Shown here in pieces: positions 7,382 through 15,313 of a DNA stretch of 64,000 nt. A program made the position numbers and the translations under genes. Every line of letters begins with the position of its first letter. The stretch's first letter is position 1. The DNA comes from Chloroflexota bacterium (GTDB lineage Bacteria > Chloroflexota > Dehalococcoidia > DSTF01 > JACRBR01). The stretch spans positions 49,983-113,982 of the forward strand of contig JAGWOC010000001.1 in assembly GCA_028872875.1 (NCBI GenBank), read 5' to 3'. Under the pieces are notes generated by a model. It saw only the letters and a list, made by a program, of their open reading frames with translations. It had not been told where the DNA came from and searched no databases.

Positions 7382-8896
7382 TCAGCGCCCGGCGATCACC
7401 TGCTCCGCCCCGATCGGGCGCAGGCCCTCCGGCGTCCAGCGCAGGTACAGGGCGTTACGCCCCGGCGGCTGCTGTCCCTCCGCGTACGCCTGCGCCGTCA
7501 GGTCGAACGCCACGGCGTCGCCGTAGAGCGCGCGCGCGACGCCCGGCACCCACGTGTACTGCTCCATCGGGTTCGTCCACAGCCCGTCGACGATGTAGAT
7601 CGTCGTGCCGGGCGGCACGGTCGGATAGTTCGCGCGCAGCTCGTCCACCAGGAGGCGCCAGCGCGCGGTCTCGCGCCCCGACTGCGTGTCGCGCGCGTAC
7701 GTCTGCCAGCCGTAGAGCGCGGCCACGGCCGCCACGAACACCAGCGCGAGCACGTTCACCGGCAGACGCGCCCAGCGATGCACGCCACGCAACCGCTCGT
7801 ACACGGCGTACGCGGCGATGGCGGCAAGCGGCGCGAAGAACGCCACCGCCGAGTAGGTGTAGCGCGACGCCGTCCAGATCTTCACCGGCACGAACGGCAG
7901 CAGCGCCAGCGCGATCCCCGGCACCGCGACGAGCGCGATCTTCGGGCCGCGCGCGGCGACCGCCAGCGACGCCACGATGACGGCGCCCGCGATCACCCAG
8001 CGCAGCGTGTCCGGGTCGTGCGGGATCGCCTTCGCCGGGTAGGCCATGAACGACAGGTACACCGCGTAGTTCGAGAACACGTGCGGTCCCCAGGTGTAGC
8101 CGTCGAACTTCAGTTGCGGGCAGGTGCACGTCTCGTAGAACCCCGTCCATCCCGCCGCCAGCGCCGTGAACGGCGCCGCGTGCAGCAACAGCCGCTGCGG
8201 CGCCCGCCACCAGCGCCGCGAGTACACCATGTACGCCACCACAACGACCGGCGCGAAGACGAACGAGCCCTCGTTGGCCAGGAAGCCGAGCGCGAACAGC
8301 ACGAACGAGAGCGCGAACGCCCGCGGGTCGCGCTCACCGTCGTCCGCGTAGGCCACCATGGCGAGCAGCGAGCCGAGCACGAAGAACATCGCCAGCACGT
8401 GCGGCAGCGCCGTAATGTACGTCACCGTGTCGAAGTGCGAGCCGGAGATGCCGAAGATCAGCGCCGAGACCGCGCCGATCGCCGGCCGCTTCGTCACCCG
8501 CGCGACGAGCGCGTACAGCAGCACCATCGATGACAGGTGGACGATGAGGTTGACGATCCGCCAGGGCATGGCGTTCAGGCCGAACGCACGCCATTCGACC
8601 ACGTACACGAGGCCCATCAACGGCCGCCAGTTCGGCACGAGATCCTGCATGCGGACCGTGTCGATGAGGTACTGGAGGTTCCCGCGCATCTGGATGTCGC
8701 CGAGCACGACGAAGTCGTCGCCTCCGAAGAAATAACGGAGCGTCGGCGCGTGGACGGCGATCGTGATGAGGAGCGCGGTGAGCAGTCCCCAGTGCCGGCG
8801 CGCGAACCGCAGGGCGTCGCTGGCGATGAGCGACGCGGCGGCCCGCGGCCGACGGAGGGCGAACCCATCCGCGGTCACGGTGATCGGGTACTTCAT
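7382..8896 (-). CDS. polytopic membrane glycosyltransferase (GT-C fold, PMT/ArnT/GT39-like)
   Basis: 504 aa with more than 10 predicted TM helices. The N-terminal loop carries GGDDFVVLGD after the first TM helix. Assignment is by pattern only. Confidence 0.45.
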   Translation of the reverse strand: MKYPITVTADGFALRRPRAAASLIASDALRFARRHWGLLTALLITIAVHAPTLRYFFGGDDFVVLGDIQMRGNLQYLIDTVRMQDLVPNWRPLMGLVYVVEWRAFGLNAMPWRIVNLIVHLSSMVLLYALVARVTKRPAIGAVSALIFGISGSHFDTVTYITALPHVLAMFFVLGSLLAMVAYADDGERDPRAFALSFVLFALGFLANEGSFVFAPVVVVAYMVYSRRWWRAPQRLLLHAAPFTALAAGWTGFYETCTCPQLKFDGYTWGPHVFSNYAVYLSFMAYPAKAIPHDPDTLRWVIAGAVIVASLAVAARGPKIALVAVPGIALALLPFVPVKIWTASRYTYSAVAFFAPLAAIAAYAVYERLRGVHRWARLPVNVLALVFVAAVAALYGWQTYARDTQSGRETARWRLLVDELRANYPTVPPGTTIYIVDGLWTNPMEQYTWVPGVARALYGDAVAFDLTAQAYAEGQQPPGRNALYLRWTPEGLRPIGAEQVIAGR

Positions 8897-9167
8897 CTCT
8901 TCAGTTGTTGCTCACGAACGGTGGCGGCAGGGGATGCCACACCAGGACGAGCGCTATTGTACGGAGGCGCGTCACTTGACGAAACGGCATAACCGTCGAG
9001 TGCCGGGTGTTATTTTCCCACCATCTTGACGGCCCACGGTGGGAATCCCGGCGTCACCGACTCGCCGGATCCGGCCCCGAAGCGGCGCGCTCGCACACGC
9101 TGAGACCGCGCGATCGATGGAGCGGGTACGAGCGAGTCCGAATCCGCCGAACGCCAGTGGCGCGCGG

Positions 9168-10502
9168 CTACGACGCGGCGAGCGCCCCCTCCAGCGAGGC
9201 CGCACCGTCGCGTTCCACGGCGTCCGCCGCCTCGAGCGCTGACTTCAAGCAGATCTCCGTCAGGTTGCCTTCGATGTCGCGCGCGTCGCCGGCGAAGTAG
9301 AGGTTCGCCGCCGTCTGCGAGCGCAGCGGCACGCGCATCGCCCGCTGCGGCGGCGTCTGCCGAAGCGCCGAAACGCGCACGTTGGGCAGCGACCGATCGA
9401 CCACAACGGCCTCGCGCCACCCCGCGAACCAGCGGTCGAGCCCGGCTTCGAGCGCCGCGCGGCGCCCGGCCAGCAGACCCTCATCGTCCGCCTCGTCGGG
9501 CGCGAGGTACGCCATCGCGTGCAGCAACTGCGCGCCCGGCGGCGCCAGGTCCGGCGTCACCTCGGAGTGCAGGCTGTAGTACAGGTCGCGCTCAATATCA
9601 AAGACGTACGCCAGATCCGTGCGCAGGCGCCGGCTGAACCCCAGATCCACGCACAGCGCCCGCACATCTTCGACGCCCGACCATCGCCCAAGCTCATCCG
9701 CCAGCGGCGAGCCATCCTCGGCGATCGACGGGGCATCCTGCGGCGGCAGGGTGCAGATGAACGCTGCGGCCTCGTGCCGCGCATCCTGCGTGACTGCCGC
9801 GATGACGCGTCCGCCGCCGGACTCAAGCCGCCGTACGTGCGCGCCGGTCACCAGCGCGCCGCCGTTCGCGCGCAGCACGCCGATGAAGGCATCGTACATC
9901 GTGCGCCAGCCGCCGCTCATGTAGCCGACGTAGTCTTTCGCGAAGAGGTTGCGCTGCAGGTGGCCCAGGAGGAATCGGGCGCTCAGCGCACGTGATGGGC
10001 GCGTGTAGGTGTTGACCGTGCCCAGCGCGACGGCGAATCGCCGCAGCCGCGCGTCGGAGACGTGCGCGTCGACCCAGTCGCCGTAGGTCTGGTCGCCGAG
10101 CGTCTCGGGCTTCGCGAAACGGATCGCCGCCATCAGCAGCGGCAGGCGCAGGCGGCTCGCGAGCGGGAAGAGCGGCGTGCGAAGCGCCTCGTGCGGGCGC
10201 GCGCCCACGGCGCCGAAGCGGTCGCCATCGGCCCAGTAGCTGCGAGTCGGCTGCACGTAACCATGCGGAATGTCCGGCACGCCAAGGCGGCGCAGGATCT
10301 CGCCGAGCACGCCGCTCTGCGGGCGATAGACCGCGTGCGGGCCGTAGTTGAGGGTGAAGCCCCGATCCTCGTACGTGTAGGCGCGCCCGCCCGGCTGATT
10401 GCCCTGTTCGAGCACCTTCACGCTGCAACCGGCCTTCGCGAGCAGCGCCCCGGTCGCCAGACCCGACACACCGCCGCCGATGATCACGACATCGCGGTTC
10501 AT
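9168..10502 (-). CDS. FAD/NAD(P)-binding oxidoreductase of the phytoene-desaturase (CrtI/CrtD) / amine-oxidase family
   Basis: ATG 10502 gives MNRDVVIIGGGVSGLATGALLAKAGCSVKVLEQGNQPGGRAYTYEDRGFTLNYGPHAV, a Rossmann GxGxxG plus CrtI-like GGRA motif. The start overlaps the anti-sigma stop (ATGA). The upstream 58 codons of the track ORF are junk. Confidence 0.8.
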   Translation of the reverse strand: MNRDVVIIGGGVSGLATGALLAKAGCSVKVLEQGNQPGGRAYTYEDRGFTLNYGPHAVYRPQSGVLGEILRRLGVPDIPHGYVQPTRSYWADGDRFGAVGARPHEALRTPLFPLASRLRLPLLMAAIRFAKPETLGDQTYGDWVDAHVSDARLRRFAVALGTVNTYTRPSRALSARFLLGHLQRNLFAKDYVGYMSGGWRTMYDAFIGVLRANGGALVTGAHVRRLESGGGRVIAAVTQDARHEAAAFICTLPPQDAPSIAEDGSPLADELGRWSGVEDVRALCVDLGFSRRLRTDLAYVFDIERDLYYSLHSEVTPDLAPPGAQLLHAMAYLAPDEADDEGLLAGRRAALEAGLDRWFAGWREAVVVDRSLPNVRVSALRQTPPQRAMRVPLRSQTAANLYFAGDARDIEGNLTEICLKSALEAADAVERDGAASLEGALAAS

Positions 10503-10804
10503 GGCGCCTCCTCTTCCTCCACTGTGGCCGTCAGGGCCTCGATCACGACCTCGATCGGCGAGCGGCCGTACGTTTCGTCGACGATCGCGCGGGTGAACTC
10601 CATGTACGCGGCGCCGGGCGTGCCGGGCTCGATGTGCGTTGCGGCATTGCCGCGCACGAAGCGCACGGTGCGGCACAGCGCGCGGTATGCGGCAGCGCAG
10701 CCGGCGCAGCCCGCGCGGTGCATCTCGACCGCCGCGCGCGCGTCACCGGACAGGTCGCCGTCGAGCAGGTCAGACAGCAGGGGCTCGATGTCACAGCAGG
10801 TCAT
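10499..10804 (-). CDS. zf-HC2-type anti-sigma factor
   Basis: 101 aa, MTCCDIEPLLSDLLDGDLSGDARAAVEMHRAGCAGCAAAYRAL, with an H-x3-C-x2-C zinc motif and an acidic tail. Its ATG (10804) overlaps the sigma-factor stop and its TGA overlaps the oxidoreductase ATG. Confidence 0.75.
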   Translation of the reverse strand: MTCCDIEPLLSDLLDGDLSGDARAAVEMHRAGCAGCAAAYRALCRTVRFVRGNAATHIEPGTPGAAYMEFTRAIVDETYGRSPIEVVIEALTATVEEEEAP

Positions 10805-11484
10805 CGCACCTCCTCGTGGCCTCGCTTCGCCACCTGCTCCCGCGCCCGCTTGATATGCCCCATCGTCGTGCAGGCGTTGCACTCGTTCTTCTGGTCGACG
10901 AGGGCACAGCGGTGCTCGAAGACCTCCGTCATCGCCTTGCGGCCGCGGTGCAGCTCCGTCTTGACGGACGCGAGCGAGGCTCCGATCGCGTGCGCCGCCT
11001 CTTCGCGCGAGAGCCCGAGCTGGTCGCACAGCACGATGGCCGCGCGCTGCTTCGCGGGAAGCGACATGGTGATGCAGTTGATGCAGGTGGCCGCGACCTC
11101 CCTGACCTCGGCCGCGCGCTCGGGCGTCAGGTAGAGGCTCTGTTCGATGTTGCGCGCCAGCTCGGAGTTCTCTTCGAACCACTGCCAGCGTCTGTCGAGG
11201 TCCCACGGCTTGCGGGCGCGCTGGTGGTCCAGGCAGGCATTCGTAGCAATCCGGTACAGCCACGTGCCGACCGACGATCGCAACTCGAACGTGCCGAACT
11301 TCGCGTACGCCTTGAGCAGCGTCTCCTGGACGAGGTCTTCGGCATCTTCGGGCGAACCGGTCATCTTCTCGCACAGGCGCAGGAGCGCGCCGCGGTGCTC
11401 CTCGGCGATCTCGCCGAAGGCCTCCTTGTCGCCCGCCAGCGCGCGCTCGAGGAGCGAGACTCCGTGCGGCTCAGGTGCACCCAC
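10801..11484 (-). CDS. ECF (sigma-70 family group 4) RNA polymerase sigma factor with a Cys-rich C-terminal extension
   Basis: Sigma2 region LVQETLLKAYAKFGTFELRSSVGTWLYRIATNACLDHQR and sigma4 region LPAKQRAAIVLCDQLGLSREEAAHAIGASLASVKTELHRGRKAM, followed by an extra roughly 38 aa (FEHRCALVDQKNECNACTTMGHIKRAREQVAKRGHEEVR). The likely start is GTG 11484 (VVGAPEPHGV), with AAGGGGGA 6 nt upstream. Confidence 0.8.
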   Translation of the reverse strand: MGAPEPHGVSLLERALAGDKEAFGEIAEEHRGALLRLCEKMTGSPEDAEDLVQETLLKAYAKFGTFELRSSVGTWLYRIATNACLDHQRARKPWDLDRRWQWFEENSELARNIEQSLYLTPERAAEVREVAATCINCITMSLPAKQRAAIVLCDQLGLSREEAAHAIGASLASVKTELHRGRKAMTEVFEHRCALVDQKNECNACTTMGHIKRAREQVAKRGHEEVR

Positions 11485-11605
11485 AACCCTGTCCCCCTTT
11501 CTGATTGGTTGGACGCGCCCGTGCACAAAAAGGTTACATCGCGCTGGCCGCGTGCGAGGTGCCCCGAGCGTCCGCGTGCTTCGCCGCGCGGCTACGGCAC
11601 GAAGA

Positions 11606-11797
11606 TCAGGCTACGGGCTCCGGCGGCAGCAGCGGTTCGAGCGAAGCGAGCAACCGGGGCGCATGCTCGGCCGCCGCGCGCCACAGGCGATCGCCCACGA
11701 TCTCGTCGTAGTCATGCACCAGTACGTCTCGCATTCCGGCGACAGCGCGCCACGGGATCTCCGTGCTTCCAAACTCAGGGTCATGCCGCCACTTACC
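11606..11797 (-). pseudogene. HepT-like (DUF86) toxin, C-terminal remnant only
   Basis: GKWRHDPEFGSTEIPWRAVAGMRDVLVHDYDEIVGDRLWRAAAEHAPRLLASLEPLL contains the R-x4-H-x-Y catalytic motif of HepT/DUF86 RNases. No in-frame start and no N-terminal half: the upstream in-frame codons are Arg-rich and overlap the end of the neighbouring gene. No MntA-like nucleotidyltransferase partner is visible. Confidence 0.5.
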
Positions 11798-11834
11798 CCG
11801 CCGTGCCGCGCTCCTGTCGCCGACGCGGCGCGCC

Positions 11835-12806
11835 TCACACCGCCTTCGGCTGGAAGATCGGCCGCACCTCGCCGTCCACGACGGTAACGACAAGCGCCAG
11901 CTTCGCGTACAGCCCCGGGTCGAGCGACCTGACGAAGGCGCCGATGTTCTCGTGCTCGGCATACTCGTAGATGGCGATCAGCGCGACGCCCCGCACGTCG
12001 GCCGCGACGGCGTCGAGGGCGGCGCTCGCGTCCTTTAGCCGCCTGCGCACGAGGCGGCGCAACAGCGTCCCGTCCGTCGGGTCGACGCGCGGCGGCGCCT
12101 GCGCGATGGCGAAGCCCGTGACGCCGAGCGGTTCGGCCGGGAGCCGCTGCACCGTCCACGCCTCGTCCGTCTCGAACTCGACGGCAGCCCCTGTCCCGAG
12201 CGCCTGCGACACCTGGGCGATCCGGTCGAACAGCACGTCGCGCGCCGCCGCGGACTGCGGCGCCCGCCGCATGCGGTTCGCGTTCACGTAGAAGGTGCCA
12301 TCGACGCGCTCGGTGATCTGCGTCCACCAGCGGCTCAGCCCTCCCGTCACCGAGGCGTAGCCCCCCTCATCGCGGAGCTTCGCGACCTGCACCTGCACCG
12401 GCAACGCCACCTCGCCCCGGCCGCCGGGCGAGAGCGGCGCCGCCGCCTGCTGGACGCGCTGCACGAAGTCCGACGCGTCCGGCTCCGCCGCCGGCACCGA
12501 CGCGCGCGGCGGCACCCAGAGCAGATGCGGCCCGCGCACGAGGCCGCCCGAGAGCCGCTCCTCCATCATCGCCCGCGCGTCCTCGGCCGCCGGATCCCCC
12601 TGCGGCTCCCAGAGCGGCGCGACGGCGAGCGCCAGCGTCCCCTGCGGCCCCTCGGCCACGAACACCGGCGGCTCACCGCCGGATGCCGAAGCCAGCGCGT
12701 AGGCGCGCCCGCTGCGGCCGGCGAACCACTCGATGACCAGCGCCGCCGCGTATGCGGACAACCGCTCCACTCCCGCATCAGCGGCGCCCGGCGGCTCACC
12801 GGCCAT
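11835..12806 (-). CDS. hypothetical protein (323 aa), function unknown
   Basis: The real frame begins at ATG 12806 (MAGEPPGAADAGVERLSAYAAALVIEWFAGRSG...). The first 90 codons of track ORF 11835..13076 are an alternative frame of the GT4 gene. The product has ordinary amino-acid composition, ends IAIYEYAEHENIGAFVRSLDPGLYAKLALVVTVVDGEVRPIFQPKAV, and overlaps the GT4 3' end by 11 nt. Confidence 0.5.
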   Translation of the reverse strand: MAGEPPGAADAGVERLSAYAAALVIEWFAGRSGRAYALASASGGEPPVFVAEGPQGTLALAVAPLWEPQGDPAAEDARAMMEERLSGGLVRGPHLLWVPPRASVPAAEPDASDFVQRVQQAAAPLSPGGRGEVALPVQVQVAKLRDEGGYASVTGGLSRWWTQITERVDGTFYVNANRMRRAPQSAAARDVLFDRIAQVSQALGTGAAVEFETDEAWTVQRLPAEPLGVTGFAIAQAPPRVDPTDGTLLRRLVRRRLKDASAALDAVAADVRGVALIAIYEYAEHENIGAFVRSLDPGLYAKLALVVTVVDGEVRPIFQPKAV

Positions 12807-14055
12807 GCAGCACCTCCTCGTAGACCCCCAGCGTCTCGCGCGCCGTGCGCTGCCATGTGAAATGGGCGCGGATGTGCTCCGCCGCGGCGGCACCCATGCG
12901 CGCGCATCGTGCGGGGTCGCTGAGCAGCGACTTGATCGCCGCGGCGAGCGCGTCCGGGTCGCCCGGCGCGACGAGCAGGCCGGTGCGGCCGTCGTCGATG
13001 AACTCGGGGAAGGCGCCGGCCGTCGTCGCGACGACCGGCGTGCCGCACGCCATCGCCTCGGCCGCCGGCAGGCCAAAGCCCTCGTACAGCGACGGCGAGA
13101 CGACGATCTGCGCGCTGTTGTAGAGCCGCACCAGCTCGTCCGTCGAGAGGCGCGGGATGTACTCCACGAAGCGCTTCAGCCCGTGCTTCCAGACGAGCGG
13201 CGGCACGACCTTCATGTCCTGCTCCTTCTTGTCCTTAAAGAGCAGCGTGAAATCCATCTCGTGCTGGAGCCGCGCGCAGGCTTCGATGAGGAAGCGCGCG
13301 CCCTTGTTGCGGTCCTCCGAGTCGCCCACGAACAGGATCGTGCCCGGCACGCGCTGCGCATCGGGCAGCGGGCGCATCACCTCGTGGTCGACGCCGTACG
13401 GCGTCTGGCGGATGTGCGCGAGCGGGATGTCCATCGAGCGGCTGACGGACTCCGCGGAGTTGCGCGAGCCGGTCAGCACGAGGTCGATGCCGTTGGCGAC
13501 GATCGACTGCATGCGCCAGGGGAACCACAGCTCCTTGACCACGCGCGCCGGGAGCGACTTCGCCTCGCGCAGGTTGTTCGCCTTGTCGATCGCCAGTGGG
13601 TGGTGAAGGCTCGCGACGACGCGCTTCCCCATCAGCCGCTTCATCGCCAGGATGCCGTAGCCAAGCGTCTGATTGTCGTGGACAAGGTCGAACGGCCCCG
13701 TCGCGGCCTCGATCTCGGCGAGCTCGCGGTAGGCGCGCACGCTGAACGTGAAGAAGAGCGACGCCAGCGAGGCGCGCGTCGACGCGAACTCGTAGAAGTT
13801 CCACGGGTGGAAGAACGCCAGCGGGTTGTGTTCGTGGTCGTAGGCGTGCTCGTCGCGGCCGTTCAGGAACGCCCAGAAGCTGTACGTGTGCAGCCGGTGG
13901 TGCACGACCCCCTCGGCGAGGCGCGGATACGGCCGGCCGGAGATCACGTGCACCTCGTGCCCGAGCTTCACCAGCTCGCGCGTCATGTAGTGCAGGTAGA
14001 CGCCCTGCCCGCCCGAGTACATGTTGCCCTGGTACATGATGAAGCAGATCTTCAT
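12796..14055 (-). CDS. glycosyltransferase family 4 (GT-B, Glycos_transf_1)
   Basis: MKICFIMYQGNMYSGGQGVYLHYMTRELVKLGHEVHVISG at the N-terminus and the C-terminal EGFGLPAAEAMACGTPVVATTAGAFPEFIDDGRTGLLV (the E-x7-E GT4 motif). Start ATG 14055. Confidence 0.85.
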   Translation of the reverse strand: MKICFIMYQGNMYSGGQGVYLHYMTRELVKLGHEVHVISGRPYPRLAEGVVHHRLHTYSFWAFLNGRDEHAYDHEHNPLAFFHPWNFYEFASTRASLASLFFTFSVRAYRELAEIEAATGPFDLVHDNQTLGYGILAMKRLMGKRVVASLHHPLAIDKANNLREAKSLPARVVKELWFPWRMQSIVANGIDLVLTGSRNSAESVSRSMDIPLAHIRQTPYGVDHEVMRPLPDAQRVPGTILFVGDSEDRNKGARFLIEACARLQHEMDFTLLFKDKKEQDMKVVPPLVWKHGLKRFVEYIPRLSTDELVRLYNSAQIVVSPSLYEGFGLPAAEAMACGTPVVATTAGAFPEFIDDGRTGLLVAPGDPDALAAAIKSLLSDPARCARMGAAAAEHIRAHFTWQRTARETLGVYEEVLHGR

Positions 14056-14211
14056 GCTGCCACGGGGCGATGGCCACGGGTACATGCAGGACGTGCGCCA
14101 GGGCGCGGTGCCGGTAGACAGCAGGCAACGGACGACAGACGACCGCCGCGCGCCCGCCGGGCGAGCCAGCCGCTCGACGCGACGGCACCGAAGCCGCGCC
14201 CGCGGCGACGG

Positions 14212-14769
14212 CTAATCGACATCCGACCACTCGTCCGGCGTCAGGTCGAGCGGCGGACGCGGCGGCGCCGGCGCTTCCTCGCGGGGCGGCTCGGCCGGCG
14301 GCGGGCGCTCGGGCCACGATGGCGGTGCGGCCCACGCCTGCGCGTCGGCCGGCGGCGCCGGCTCCGGCGCCCGCGGCGCCTCGACGAGCTGGATGCTGAG
14401 GCCGTGCGTCGCCGCCATCGTCACGAAGGCGGTACGGACGCCGGGCGCCGCCTCGACGGGCTCACTGACGCGCACGCCCCGCCCGGCCAGCTCCGCCACC
14501 GCCGCGTCCAGGTCATCGACTTCGAGCCCGAGCGTGTAGAAGCCCTCGCCGCGGCGCTCGATGTAGCGCATTACCGGATTGTCGACGTCGGCCGGCGCGA
14601 CGAGCTCCAGCGTGTCCTCGCCGAGCGCGACATCCGCCGAGCGGACGCCGAACGCGTCGACCGCGCCGACCGGCCCGGCGCCGGCGCCGAGGAGCGCGGC
14701 GAATGCCGCGCGCGCGGCCTCGAGGTCGCGCACGGCGGCCGTGACGTGGTGGATGCGGAGGACCTTCAT
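14212..14769 (-). CDS. VOC family protein (glyoxalase/bleomycin-resistance/dioxygenase fold) with a Pro-rich acidic C-terminal tail
   Basis: MKVLRIHHVTAAVRDLEAARAAFAALLG...GEGFYTLGLEVDDLDAAVAELAGRGVRV matches VOC/methylmalonyl-CoA-epimerase-like domains. A roughly 55-aa tail, PRAPEPAPPADAQAWAAPPSWPERPPPAEPPREEAPAPPRPPLDLTPDEWSDVD, follows. An alternative start lies at 14796. Confidence 0.7.
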   Translation of the reverse strand: MKVLRIHHVTAAVRDLEAARAAFAALLGAGAGPVGAVDAFGVRSADVALGEDTLELVAPADVDNPVMRYIERRGEGFYTLGLEVDDLDAAVAELAGRGVRVSEPVEAAPGVRTAFVTMAATHGLSIQLVEAPRAPEPAPPADAQAWAAPPSWPERPPPAEPPREEAPAPPRPPLDLTPDEWSDVD

Positions 14770-14796
14770 CGCCCCGATCCTAACCCACCCCGGCAC

Positions 14797-15313
14797 GCGA
14801 AAGAACAGCGGCCGGCACGGCGCGGGCCAGCGTCCAGCCGCTCACCCTGAACGAGCGGGCCGAAAGGCGTTCTCACAGATCACGCGTCACGCGCTGCAAG
14901 CTCCCCTTCCCCGCAGGGAAGGGGCCAGGGTTCGGTCCCGACGGCACGCAAGCCCGCGCGGGCTGAAGGCCCGCGCTCCCGAGCGCGCGGCGAAAGAACA
15001 GCGGCCGGCACGGCGGCCGCCCGCCTCGAACAGGCCCGCTCGCGCGCCGGACACTGGAAGGAGGAATGCCGGCGGTGGAATGCGTGGCCCGACGCCATCG
15101 CCGCGTCACGCGCGCGGGCTGCCGTATGGCCCGGATGGGAAAGCCCGCGCTACTGCAGCCGCGTATCGGGCGCTGGCCCGCAACCCCGCGCCGGCTGAAG
15201 CCCCGCGCTCCGCGTGCAGCGGTGCTGGTTCATCCGCTCGGGTGGCAACCCCGCGCGCCACGAAGAGGCCGTATCGGCCCATCGGCGTGCAACCCCGCCG
15301 CCCGGCGGGCGCC
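14797..15313. repeat. repeat-dense non-coding region (500 bp) between the beta-helix gene stop and the VOC gene start
   Basis: A 26-bp direct repeat GCGAAAGAACAGCGGCCGGCACGGCG occurs at 14797-14822 and 14990-15015. GGCTGAAG(G/C)CCCGCGCTCC occurs at about 14951-14969 and 15193-15211. CAACCCCGCG occurs three times (about 15180-15300). A 12-bp palindrome GCCCGCGCGGGC lies at about 14951. The palindromic element at 14901-14940 is listed separately. Confidence 0.75.
14901..14940. repeat. conserved palindromic element, copy A: CTCCCCTTCCCC-gca-GGGAAGGGGCCAGGGTTCGGTCCCG
   Basis: A 9-bp inverted repeat CCCCTTCCC / GGGAAGGGG (14903-14911 and 14916-14924) followed by GGCCAGGGTTCGGTC. A near-identical copy lies at 33479-33518. 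Both copies lie about 130-190 nt upstream of a minus-strand gene start (the VOC gene and katG). Confidence 0.8.

Noticed and set aside
9011-9046. Hairpin TTCCCACC-(15 nt)-GGTGGGAA between the oxidoreductase stop and the GT-C gene start.
   Set aside because: It is about 120 nt from the nearest stop and has no U-tract on either strand, so its function cannot be argued. It is noted only.
9120-9150. tRNA-like T-arm string GAGTCCGAATCCGCC.
   Set aside because: The flanks cannot be folded into an acceptor or T stem; there is no cloverleaf and no CCA context. No convincing tRNA, rRNA, tmRNA or SRP RNA was found anywhere in the window by eye.
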